NCBI GenBank assembly: GCA_905178155.1
Contig: CAJINV010000001.1
Location: 7,485,506 to 7,549,505 of the forward strand
DNA length: 64,000 bases
Source: Amoebophrya sp. A120
Taxonomy: Eukaryota; Protista; Dinoflagellata
Direction of reading: 5' to 3'
Part shown: positions 23,714 to 34,375 of the stretch, piece by piece
How the letters are laid out: each line of letters opens with the position of its first letter
Position numbering within the stretch: position 1 is the first letter of the stretch
Translations under genes and position numbers: made by a program
The notes under the pieces: generated by a model
The model's database searches: none
What the model was told of the DNA's origin: nothing
The model's input: the letters and a program-made list of their open reading frames with translations, nothing else

Positions 23714-26251
23714 ATGTCTCGAGCAACACATTCACGCACTGCAAATGGATGTCATCACGGATTCCCGTTCTCGTCCACCCGCTCTCTGTACGAGGCGCTC
23801 GTTGGCAGCGAGAACGAAACTACAGGCACGGAGGAGACCCCGGACGCTGCCACGTTCCGGACGCAAGCGGAGTCTGGACGGGGGCTGCAAGAGGGTCCCG
23901 AACGGTTTTCGACAAATAAAACCCGCACCGCGTTCAGCCCCCAGAACGACCGAGCGGACCGGCCGTTTCTTTTCTTCCGGGACGGTGCACCGGACGACGA
24001 CGAAAAACGCGCGGAAGAGGACGCGACTACTCAAGAGAAACTTGGGAATATCAGCACAAGACTACTCGACCCCCGGCGCAGTTCGCCACAGAACAACTCG
24101 TTTGCCTCCCGGATTGGCATCTTGAGTTCCATGTTCGAGGCGATGGGCGCCGACGAGGTGGATGAGGAGGAGGATAAAAGCCTGCGATTGAAGGTGACGG
24201 CCTTTTCTCCCCCGGAAAGCAACGCCTTGTCCCCCGGCCACGTCCTCGATTGGCGCGACGATTTGGATTTCGACACGACGCCTCTAATCCAAAAAATGAC
24301 AGAGGAAGACCCGAAGTACCGGGATCCGGACCAGCGCTTCCGCCGGGCTTTCTACACAGCCGGCGTAGCAGAGGACAGAGAGCGTGGGTCGTATGCGGTG
24401 ATGCACCATTATAGTACCGGTACTAGCGCACAACAGTCCGCTCGATCCCGGTCTGGCTCCCCAGCGTTTGTGCATTCGCCCGCACCAATTTCGCCGAACA
24501 CCGTGTTCCGGAGGTGCTACAACCGTATCAGCTCGGAGGCCAGTTCCGCCCGAGTGCAGCTCGAAGTGCACCGACGGTACTTGGACGGCTTGCTGTACAA
24601 GTTGGAACAGAATGACCACCACCTGCGGGCGCGTCTCGCGACCTCGCCACTGTTTTCGCCGCTCTTCGGACCCGGGGGTGGGCCGGCTGTGTTAACCGCG
24701 CCGGAATCCGGGCACAATGCACTTGGCGCGGCCGAGAAATTTGCAGAGGAATTTGCCGTGCCGGGGATGGCGACCGGGTTCTACGCGAGTGCACTCGGAG
24801 GTGCGGCGCACCATGGTCCTGACTCGCAGCATGGCCAGCCGCATCATACCGAGCTGGACGCTGCTGCGGGTGAAGGCGCTTTTCCTGGGCATTCTGCGCA
24901 ATCAGAAGATGCTTACCGTCATCATACAGGAGGTCATCCCGGTTTGGATTTTCTGAACATGGCTTTACACGAGGGGGGTTTTCCTAGTTTTCTCGGCACG
25001 AAACTCGATCCGGCGCCCGAGCACCGGAGCGAGTTGCTCTTCCCGCAGGATCTTGGACACCATCATCATCATCACCACCGGCACCACCACAGAAAATCGG
25101 CAAAAGCTCCGCATGGGGAGCACGCAGAGCTTGAAGCGACTAAGGCTCCTGAAGAGGAGAAAACCAAAGGTCCGTCTAAACAAGAAGACATGATGAAAGG
25201 GGACGCCGAAATAAACGAAGGTAAAGCTGCTCTTGCTCCTCTCGGGAACAACAAGAAACCAAGGCCAGAAGGCGAGGGGACCACCGATGCGGTGGAACAA
25301 GAAGTAGCAGAAGGAAACGAAACAGAAGATGCGGAGGAGGAGGAGTCTTCCGAATCTCGGCTTAGTTCCTCCTCGTCTGAGGAGCAAATCTATCTGCAAG
25401 ACGCGCCCAAGATCCACCGCAACGTGCTCCGTCTGAAAGAAAGTGCCTCGTCGCAACAGGACATTGAGAGGAAGAGCGAAGAAGTGTGGATGCGCACGGG
25501 AAAACGGAAGAGTCTGGCGGAGTTTCGGACCGTGGCGGAAGTCGAAGTCGAGGAGCGCTCGGACACTGACGACGAGGATAACGGCTCTAGCGGTTCGGAG
25601 AAGGTCGTCGCCGACGAATCTGAGGTACCGTACTGGCGGCGGAAGAAGAAAAAGAAGGGTGAAAAGAAGAAATTTGGGGATTCCACAAGCGAGATATCTA
25701 AGCTGGAAGAAGAGGTCGAGAATGTCTCGGCCGAGGCGTTGTTCGAAAGCGCGGCACTTCCCTCCACTTTGCGACACCTGCCAAAGCCAGAGGATGCGGA
25801 AGATGAGGCTTCGCTCGTGCCGGATGCCAAGGGAAAGAAGATCACGCTGGCGCAGTTAATTGAGAAAAAACACTCCAAGGATAGTACTAGCGCGTTGGGT
25901 CGTGGACGCGACCGCAAAAAGCGTTCTCCCGAGGACGGAGATGCGGTAGATCCAGATGGTGTCGACGAGGCGGAGGATGATCTTGCAGCGGAGCTGGACC
26001 GATTTGCACCGCAGAATGTGGAGCGTATCGTTTTTCCCGCCACGGTGCAAGAGTTACTGCTTGCGCGCTCCCGGCAAGAGGTAGTCGAGTTTTCTTCAAG
26101 TTCGGAAAACGAGTTTGGTGGTCGGTTTCCTCCAGGATTGTATCCCCAAATAAAGCCCGACTGGCTCATGGACGAGCAGGAGCTAATGCGCCTCTCCGGC
26201 CGGGTTCCCGTTCTCAAGTACAAAGACATTCGAAATCTAGCCGGAAAATAA
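23714..26251 (+). CDS. Hypothetical protein with His tract and acidic/basic low-complexity regions
   Basis: 845-aa uninterrupted ORF. HHHHHHHRHHHR tract. No recognised domain. Confidence 0.7.
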   Translation: MSRATHSRTANGCHHGFPFSSTRSLYEALVGSENETTGTEETPDAATFRTQAESGRGLQEGPERFSTNKTRTAFSPQNDRADRPFLFFRDGAPDDDEKRAEEDATTQEKLGNISTRLLDPRRSSPQNNSFASRIGILSSMFEAMGADEVDEEEDKSLRLKVTAFSPPESNALSPGHVLDWRDDLDFDTTPLIQKMTEEDPKYRDPDQRFRRAFYTAGVAEDRERGSYAVMHHYSTGTSAQQSARSRSGSPAFVHSPAPISPNTVFRRCYNRISSEASSARVQLEVHRRYLDGLLYKLEQNDHHLRARLATSPLFSPLFGPGGGPAVLTAPESGHNALGAAEKFAEEFAVPGMATGFYASALGGAAHHGPDSQHGQPHHTELDAAAGEGAFPGHSAQSEDAYRHHTGGHPGLDFLNMALHEGGFPSFLGTKLDPAPEHRSELLFPQDLGHHHHHHHRHHHRKSAKAPHGEHAELEATKAPEEEKTKGPSKQEDMMKGDAEINEGKAALAPLGNNKKPRPEGEGTTDAVEQEVAEGNETEDAEEEESSESRLSSSSSEEQIYLQDAPKIHRNVLRLKESASSQQDIERKSEEVWMRTGKRKSLAEFRTVAEVEVEERSDTDDEDNGSSGSEKVVADESEVPYWRRKKKKKGEKKKFGDSTSEISKLEEEVENVSAEALFESAALPSTLRHLPKPEDAEDEASLVPDAKGKKITLAQLIEKKHSKDSTSALGRGRDRKKRSPEDGDAVDPDGVDEAEDDLAAELDRFAPQNVERIVFPATVQELLLARSRQEVVEFSSSSENEFGGRFPPGLYPQIKPDWLMDEQELMRLSGRVPVLKYKDIRNLAGK

Positions 26252-26668
26252 ATGCACTCGAGCTGAAATTTGATTGTAACGCGAATCAATGGGTGGCGTC
26301 CTGTCGTTGGGAACCGCTAGGATCGATCGACGGAAAAGTCACTTCCTAGAAGAAATGCCGAACAAAGCACAGACAAACACTTTATTTCGACGAAGACTGA
26401 TGAAAAGCCCGACACTGCTCGGCTTCTTGAAGCAGATGTTGATAAACAGTGTGTTCGACCAAACTTACTTGCGCAGCTATATAGTTTGATGTACGTTTTC
26501 AAGAACTTCCATGTGGGAAACAAATTCAAACGATCTCATCTCCCATTTTATTATCCCATGCGTACAAAATGTGTATCACCTCGCTGAATCAGTATCATGT
26601 TCATGACAACTATCTGAACATCGCCTCTGTAGCGGACTAGATTTGAGACTACAACCCCAGGCTTCAAG

Positions 26669-28539
26669 ATGTCCATCGTCCGTCCTAACGTGCACACGTG
26701 CACGCCCTCCGGTCCGTGGCTGCATTTCGACGGGCAATGTGAGGCGGAAATGGACCTGATTACGAGGATTCAAAGCATCCCGATCCCTTTGGACCATATC
26801 AGCGAAGTTCTGCACCCGAAGTACGCAATCATTCTTGGTGTGGGATTGGCCTGCTACGTCGGTGGTATGGAACTTTTTAGTGTTTTTTTTTGAAGATTTC
26901 CTCCCAATGGATGTAGCACGAAACTCGTTGTACTGGCGCAACAGTGATGTCTTCTTTCTCTTTTTCCACCACGCCAGGTCGGGAAAACCAGCTGCATTAC
27001 TACGTGATTGCCTCTTGGTTGTTGTGCGACACGAGCCATTTTTTCCTGAAGTGGATGTTTGCCGGAGACCGGCCGTATTGGGTGGCAGGCAACAAGTTCC
27101 AGCAGTTCGCACACACGTGCGAGGCCGGCCACGGCTTTCCCTCAGGGCACAGCTGCGTCTTGGCCAGTATCTTGGGGGCGTTCTATTGGCGATGCGTGCG
27201 GCCGCTCGCGCCGAAGACTCACCGCGCGTATGGAGCGATTCTGGTTGCGGGCGAGCTGCTGATGATGCTCAGTAAGGACGAAAATTTGAAAAATTTTCTT
27301 CACATTTTGATGTGCAATAGCATTTGTGCTCGGTCTAATCATAATGCGTTTGTCGAAGAAAATGAAAACATACTTCCTTGCCTTTCCCCAGGTCGTAGCT
27401 TCACCGCGTCCCACTTTGTGTCGCAGACGATCGTCGGATCGCTGTATGGGCTGCTGTTTGTGCCGCTGAGCAAGCCTTTCGGCGACCACATGATTTTTGC
27501 GGCCAAGAACAGGCACAAGTTCACCTTGAAGGACAACATTATGCACATCCTGTGGGCGTTCAGTATTCCGGCGCTGTTTGCGCTGCTGCAGTACGTGGTT
27601 CGGGAGCTTTTGTACGCACAGCTTTTCCAGCGCGACGTCTACCGTTCGGTTCAGCTCGGCCGCGAGGGGTGCTATGACCCCGCGAAGCTCAAGGTCGGCA
27701 CGGTGTACCAGGGCCCATTGTACGAGATTATTGGCGTCGCGCTTTTTCTCGCCCTCTCGCTCGGGAACACAACTTTGCGCCGACCACTCTTCGGAAAGGG
27801 AGGGGAACCAGTTGGAGAAGGGAATGAATCACTGGAAGAGATTGGCGATGTGTCAGCAGTGGAGAAAAGTACCAGTGCAGCCAGGTTCAGTTGGTTTCCG
27901 TCCTTCAGTTTCGCAAAAAAAGCCACCTCGGACAGCGGCCGTTCGACAGCGTCGTCCAGCACCACAGCTAGCAGCGGCTCGAATAGCTCCGCTGCTCTGA
28001 AAAAACGCGCCCGAAACGCAACGCCCGTCCCGCGGAAGGACGACGCCGGGGCGGCGGACAAGATGAAAGCCATCCGAAAATCGACGTCGCCCAAGCAAAG
28101 TAGAAACAAATCGCCTGCGTCCAGTTCCCCGGGGAAAAATAAGAAAACCAGCCCAATGAAGAAGCGCGCGTCGGAGGAAGGAGCGGACGAAAGCGCTGAC
28201 GCTGCTGCAGAACAAACGTCGAAATCAGCAACATCAAGTGCGATGAAGAAAGAGACGGCAGAGACCGCGACGTCTACAGGAGCAGCAAAAGGGAAAAAGA
28301 CTTCTTCAACTACTGCCGAAGTTACCAAAAACGTAGCCACGTTGGAACTGAGTCCGACGGAAATTATTTACGACAGCTTGGACGAGGTCAAGTACCTGCC
28401 ACCAATTCTCTGCAAGATGCTCATCTACGTCACGCTCGTGCTGGCCTTTCGGCGCGTTTTGGACTACGACGGCTTGTTCGTTTTTCCCGATTGGTTCAAG
28501 CGACTCTCCTTTGCCTACGTCGCGTTCCGCTTGGTTTGA
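26669..28539 (+). CDS. PAP2-superfamily phosphatase, glucose-6-phosphatase-like; GT-AG introns 26865-26977 and 27272-27391
   Basis: Motifs LKWMFAGDRPYW, TCEAGHGFPSGH and (after splicing) SRSFTASHF match PAP2/G6Pase C1-C3. Multiple TMs. Long Ser/Lys-rich insertion near the C-terminus. Confidence 0.85.
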
Positions 28540-29138
28540 CGGACGCTCTGGACGGACTGTGATGGGACTTGGCGAAGTGTACAAAAGTTTTTGGACGATA
28601 CAAGATGATCGCTACAGTTCGAAGATATCCCCCCGTTCACGGTAACCATGACCATGACGACGTAAGACGTTTATGATCTCTGCTAATCGGAAGAAAAGGG
28701 TTTTCGCCTGGAATTGCCGCGGGGCAAACGATATCGAAGATTCACAATGTCGTCCGCGATGGCACTAAATCGCATTCGAAGAAAACGACTGATAACAAAT
28801 TGTAATGAGAAAAAAACGCTTCTCTTAACGCTCTGAGCGTGAGCAGCCCATACCCAGGAAACCGCAGGTCCGCCACTTGCTAGCAGCAGCTCGTTGTTCG
28901 CCTTGTTTCGTTTTGTCCTGAGGGAAGGAGTATGAATGCGCTATCCGCACGAGGGACAGGGGTAGTTGCGCGCTCTCTTTGTGATCTCACGTTTTTGTCA
29001 CAATGACTTCTCTTTACTGCACGTCACTTGATTTGCCGCGGAAGAAGAAGCGTCAGCCAAAATAGATTTTACTTGCTTACCTCTCTGCCGCACAAGCTGG
29101 CAGCTTTATTGCTTCCCTTAGAATCTCCACCCAACATT

Positions 29139-29921
29139 ATGAAAGACCTGGAACGGCAGGCTGCCGGCGTTGCGGGGATTGGGATTCTTGCCCTCTGCTT
29201 TCTCGGTGGATATGCGGAAAGTACGCGGGAAAGCATTTCCTTGGAATCCTTGGTGAAGGTTGACAACGCGGCAACTGCGGAAATTCTGGCCGGCACCATC
29301 CGAAGCGTCGTGCTTTGTTTCTTCTGCACCGGCGTGATCGACGTCATCGTCACTCTCGCCCTGCTGGTCTATTTCTTCGCTGTGGGCACCAAGAATCTTC
29401 GTTTTCCATTTCCGCTATCGGAGGAATCGGACGCTCGCGGGACCGTCTTTTTCCTGACTGCTGCACTTGCCGTGTTGTTTCGTCTCGCCTACGCGTGCGT
29501 CATCATCTCCTGCTTGAACTCCCTCGTCCAAGTGCCGAAGCTCGTGTTGGTACAAGCAACGCTCACCGACGAACAGCGAGCAGCGCGTTCTTTACTCATA
29601 AAACAGCTTTGGGACGCCTTCTATCTCGGGTTTAACGGCGTTGCGCTTGGACTTTTCGGCATCCACCTCGGCTTGCTGGCAGTGCCGCTCGCGCTGGTCA
29701 AAAAGAACTTCTTCACTCAACTGATTCTGCCCATGACGCTGGTAGCAGCCGGCGTAGGCTACACCGGGGACGCAATTGGAGTTTTTCTTCAGGACAAAAC
29801 GTACGGGTTGACGTCGAGTGGTCTGTTTGTCGGCGAGGTTTTGCTGATGATCTGGCTGCTTGTGGCGATGGGGAAAAAAGGACAAGAGAACGATCAAGGA
29901 CAACAACCGTTTCTGCAGTGA
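29139..29921 (+). CDS. DUF4386-like multi-pass membrane protein
   Basis: Intronless and hydrophobic. IDVIVTLAL, LFRLAYA, GLFGIHLGLL, AAGVGY and FVGEVLLMIWLL resemble the bacterial DUF4386 pattern (by recall, not by search). Confidence 0.6.
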   Translation: MKDLERQAAGVAGIGILALCFLGGYAESTRESISLESLVKVDNAATAEILAGTIRSVVLCFFCTGVIDVIVTLALLVYFFAVGTKNLRFPFPLSEESDARGTVFFLTAALAVLFRLAYACVIISCLNSLVQVPKLVLVQATLTDEQRAARSLLIKQLWDAFYLGFNGVALGLFGIHLGLLAVPLALVKKNFFTQLILPMTLVAAGVGYTGDAIGVFLQDKTYGLTSSGLFVGEVLLMIWLLVAMGKKGQENDQGQQPFLQ

Positions 29922-30507
29922 GATGAAGGGCCTTTTGTGTTTGAAAGACGACTGTACAATGTGGATATTCGTGTATTACGAGATCAATGGCACGTCGAAC
30001 TTAGAGAGTTGGACACATCAACTTACTTGGTTTGATTTTCATTGCCTCTGGTCCCAGAGCAATTTCTCACCGGCTGCACTTACGATCCTCGGTGACAGAT
30101 GTTGAAACAATATCCCAATTCCACCTACTGTGACGAGCTTCAGTAACGCAAGCAATTCAGTTTTTAATCTGTGATGCGTCTGCGCCTGATCATGAAGGAT
30201 CTCTGATGCAATACTTAGTGGATTGAACTCCGGTAGTTCATCCAGGAGCGCAAAAGTCATGTTCAACACGACCCTTGATCTCCTTGCGTGTTTACTTGAT
30301 TTCGGGATGTCATCGGTGGCGCATGCGCTTAGACGCCTGCTTCTCCTGTAGCCTATCTACAGTTCTTGTTTGGGGGTAAATAAGTAACCTACATCTTTTC
30401 CACATGTAAGTTAGTAGATTGATTTTACACTGTCACTGCATCTCGTCAATGTGCCTTTAAGTAGGGGCTCTGGAGCACGGAGCTTTTTTTTTGGAGCAGT
30501 CTGAATT

Positions 30508-31746
30508 ATGGCGGAAAATAACGAGAATACCTGTGGACCGGCTGCGAACGCAAAGGCCGCGGTGCGCTTCGCACTCACGAAAGCTAATGGGGATGAGCTG
30601 GAGGTGTTTGCAGTGCCCGAGGTGCAGGCAATCAGAGGAGCAGCCGCCGCGCACCTATCGCAGCAGGCGTCGGATGGAAAAACTATTCCAGCGTGCTTGA
30701 TCCGGCTGCTCGATGCGGACACGGGCAAACTTCTCACAGACGCAGAAGATCTAGCGCAGCACGGTGCACACCTTCGCGTCGTTGTTGCCGGTCCGGACCT
30801 TTATGGTGGGGGAAAAGACCTTGAGGCCCTAGTGGAGCTGCCGTGCGATCAGAAGCCCGGCTTCTTCTACTATGCTGAGACGTTTGACGCCGTGGAGTTC
30901 TTGGTGTTTATGGTGATGCGTGAAGAGTGTCCGCGCGGCACTCCCGAGGACCCATCTTTCGAGTACGAGTACAATAGAGACCACTGGAAACACAAAGAGT
31001 GGCGAGAATTGGGACGCAGTACGGACTATAGAGGTGGCATTGTGGACTACTTGCGCGGGGAGGTCTGCCACGCAAGCACGCAACAACAGCTCACTTTCCT
31101 CTATGATGCTTTCCGTGCGACATATTCTGCAGAGGTTTTCGACCGCCTGCGTCAGCGACTCGCTCTCAAGGAGGATCGCTGCGGTGACCCTGACCAAGCG
31201 GAGCGCGAGACCGTAATGCCGCAGTTTTGGTCGCTCTGGGAAAGCATTTCTTTTGTGCGGAGCCTCGGGCTGGAGTTACTAGTTCCAGAATGTGTCTCGC
31301 TAGAAACTGAAGCCGCGAACGTCCGCAGCCTCGTACTGCAGGCCGCGGAAGAAAAAATGGTGTTTGGAGATGGATATTATCCGTGGTGTTTTTATTTCTG
31401 GCGCTACCCGCCACATGTCGTGTTCTCGATCGCTGCGGATCTTGTAGAGTGTGTTCCACTACGATGCTGGTCTCGGGACGACTGCGCAAAGATACGGAAG
31501 ATAGCAGAGGGTGCCGAGAATCTGCAGCGGGATCTCTCGGACGAGGAGCCCGGGCCCGCTCGTGCCGACTATGACGACATGAATGAACACCATTGCCACC
31601 ATGCATCATTTCGCATTTTAATCCGACTCGCAGCTATTCATGACCGCATCATTGATGAGCTCGAACTCAAGAAAGACACCGATCGCGATGCTGATTGTGA
31701 TGCGAGCTCTTCTGGACGCGAGGATGGTGATGATATGCCCACGTAG
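30508..31746 (+). CDS. Hypothetical protein with possible N-terminal ubiquitin-like fold
   Basis: 412-aa ORF. VRFALTKANGDELEV...IPACLIRLLDADTGKLL...LRVVV has the beta-grasp pattern. The remainder is unrecognised. Confidence 0.6.
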   Translation: MAENNENTCGPAANAKAAVRFALTKANGDELEVFAVPEVQAIRGAAAAHLSQQASDGKTIPACLIRLLDADTGKLLTDAEDLAQHGAHLRVVVAGPDLYGGGKDLEALVELPCDQKPGFFYYAETFDAVEFLVFMVMREECPRGTPEDPSFEYEYNRDHWKHKEWRELGRSTDYRGGIVDYLRGEVCHASTQQQLTFLYDAFRATYSAEVFDRLRQRLALKEDRCGDPDQAERETVMPQFWSLWESISFVRSLGLELLVPECVSLETEAANVRSLVLQAAEEKMVFGDGYYPWCFYFWRYPPHVVFSIAADLVECVPLRCWSRDDCAKIRKIAEGAENLQRDLSDEEPGPARADYDDMNEHHCHHASFRILIRLAAIHDRIIDELELKKDTDRDADCDASSSGREDGDDMPT

Positions 31747-32505
31747 GATGTTGCTTGCTGACTGTTCAGAAGTTCGCATAGCAAAAAGCCACTGAAGGAT
31801 TTGTGCAGATAATTGTGTCCCATTCGCTCCTTGTCGATCCTAATCATCTAAGTGTCCGCTACAATGTGTCCCATCATCCGTCAGAATCCTAGAGCGAGCC
31901 AAATCAGGCCGTATGAAGTGTAGCCGGTGTGGTCCATGGCCTCACGGCTGTCACCACAGCGCTGCACATCTGAAAGTGCTGGTACAACGTTGTTGTTGGC
32001 AATGTTTTTTTTTCTTTGTGTGTGAAAAAGAGCTGGCGCCTGTACTTACGGCGTTTGCGTGATTTGAGAGACCCGGCGATGCCCTGGGCTGTTTTTGTAT
32101 GCTTTGCCGTCATTCTTCGGATGTACATGAGAGATATCTGTGTGCGGTCTGTTGCAATTGTTTTTTTTTCATGTTTTTCGCGTTTTTTTTTTCTGCAATC
32201 GAGCGAAGCCCCCGAAATCAATACCACCCCGTCCCCGTGCGACTTGTTTTTTTTTGGCCGTCGATGCTGAAATCTGAAATAGTTATCTGAGAGCGCGATA
32301 ATGAGGTGTGCTTCTGGGTTGGCGTATCCGCGTGTGTAAAATCATACTTACATTTTGTGGTTTGTGTTTTTTCGTTCGTATGCACACTGCCCTCGTCGTT
32401 ACACAACACAGCACCTGCCCAGTGAAAGCTAGGACAAAAGCCCCGTCTTCGAAAGTTCCAACGAAAGCCCTGTCTTCTACTTTTCCGAAGAACAGCATAG
32501 AAAAG

Positions 32506-33616
32506 ATGGCTCAACAGTGGAATTCCTCTGGACGGTCCCTGGCCAACTTGCCGGACCCGGTTCAAATCCAGAAGCAGAAGGACGCTTTCTCCCAAATGCT
32601 GGAGCAGCAGGTACTATATCACTTTTGACTTCTCAATCTCAACCGCGGAACAATTGGGGAACGCATCACAGCGCGTCGTCCCATCTGCATGAAAAATGTT
32701 CTTGAGATCGATTCGCGTAAATCAAAAAATCACATCAGATGAAGCAAGGGCTGGAATCTTTGGAAACGCAGCTGAAAAATCAAAAGCAGTTCATTATCAA
32801 CCTCGAGTCGTGGAGTCAAAGAATAAAGTCAAAGCTATGCATGTTGAATTCCGCAGCGTTTCGTAATTTCAGATTTACATTGTTGAAAAACGCGACGTGA
32901 TGATTTTCATGTCCAATGTGATGCTGCAAAATTTTCGATGTTTCTTTGACGTCACTCAAGAGTTTGGTAGGATAGTGATGCGTGAACAGGCCACTCAGCA
33001 GAAGCAGCAGTACGCCATGCAAATCGACATGCAGCTGAAGCAGGAGGTACGAGTTACGAAGTCTCGTTCAGAAAGGCGGCGCTATTATCCTACGAACACA
33101 AACTTAGGAGGATCACATGAGAGTATGTCAAGCTTCAAGCGTTCTTTTCGAACATTGTGTGTTTTCCAATACTACTAAACAGGAAATGGCTTTGGAGCAG
33201 CAGCGTCAGGAGAAGGTGATGCAGCTGCAGCAGTCGATTGCCCACCAGAAGCAGCAGATGGAGCAGCAGACGATGGCCATGCTGATCGAGTACCAGCAGC
33301 GCAAGGCAGAGGAGGAAATGGCGCGCAACCAATACGAAATGGAGCGCAAGCAGCAGGAGATGGAATCCAAAATGAAAAAGGTACCACATACGAGGAATTT
33401 TGGATTATTTTTCTACGTGCTTCATGCGTAAGGGTATGGGTATGCGATGGCGATCGTTCTGTTAATGGCGCGTACGCACTCAGGATCGTGAGTGGTTGAT
33501 CTATTAATCCAAAATATCGCGAACAGGAAATGGAGAAGTTCTCTACGAGCTTTTCCAGCGGCTTCGATATGGGTTCCAGTAACAAGTGGGGCGCTTCTAA
33601 GTCCGGCTACTACTGA
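32506..33616 (+). CDS. Gln-rich coiled-coil protein of dinoflagellate type; exons 32506-32610, 32739-32794, 32980-33046, 33183-33380, 33527-33616
   Basis: Three GT-AG introns and one TIR intron give a continuous product LPDPVQIQKQKDAFSQMLEQQMKQG...QKQFMREQATQQKQQYAMQIDMQLKQEEMALEQQ...EYQQRKAEEE. This resembles a family I recall from dinoflagellate transcriptomes. Confidence 0.75.
32795..32974 (+). mobile_element. Introner-like element (non-canonical intron, 185 nt including TSD copy)
   Basis: TATC...GATA termini. Inner inverted repeat GTCAAAGAA/TTCTTTGAC. Flanks TTCAT and GTGAT. Removal restores QKQF-M-REQA. Confidence 0.7.
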
Positions 33617-34118
33617 GCGGCCTGCAGGGTGCAGCTGTTGTTGATCGTTGTTTTCATCTCACGATTTCTTTACCTCTGCTTTCGCTGTGAAAGAATTTTG
33701 TACTTCTGCTTGCAAAAAGTTGATTATGAAAGTTATTGTAGCGATCATTGATTTGTTAAGGTTTCGAATGACTCGAGAAAATTGTATACTCATCGGTATT
33801 TCAATCCGTTTGATACGATAGGATTGTGAAATTGGTACATTGTAAAACGCAAAATCCCATAATAAAGTAGCGGCTGTATATTAGCATGAGTGACAAAAGT
33901 GTGCATTCACCAGTGTAGAATGTAGTGAAAACGGTACCAACACATGGATTTTCAGATGTTGTTGCGCGCGAAAGTGGTATGTGCATGTACATGCGGGACA
34001 AGAAAAGAAGGTATACACGAAGACAGCGGGGAGCGTTTTTCCTACCAGGTCATCTGATCGCCGTTTTCTGCTACGGTGGTGTATTCGGTGCGCCCTTGCA
34101 GCTTTTGATCTACTAGTG

Positions 34119-34167
34119 GTACCCAAGATCTTTTCCGATCCGCGTACCCAAGATCTTTTCCGATCCG
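34119..34167. repeat. Perfect 24-bp tandem duplication (25-bp period)
   Basis: GTACCCAAGATCTTTTCCGATCCG at 34119-34142 and 34144-34167. Confidence 0.9.
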
Positions 34168-34375
34168 ATGGCTCATGATCGTACCAAGTTCCTATTTTTG
34201 AGTGAAAATCCTTGAGTGAAGCATCTGACAGGAGCTGTTGTCATTTCTGGATCACGAAGATCATGACATGGTGTGTTTTTTGACATAAAAGGAAAGCGCG
34301 CTGTCGCTTTTTGCTCGTTGAGGCCCTGTTCGTGAGGATGCCCTAGTAGTAATTACCTGTTTCAGTTGAAAAAGC

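Noticed and set aside
34119-34190. 24-bp direct repeats as a CRISPR array
   Set aside because: Only two adjacent copies with a 1-nt gap, no spacers, no cas genes, and a eukaryotic context.
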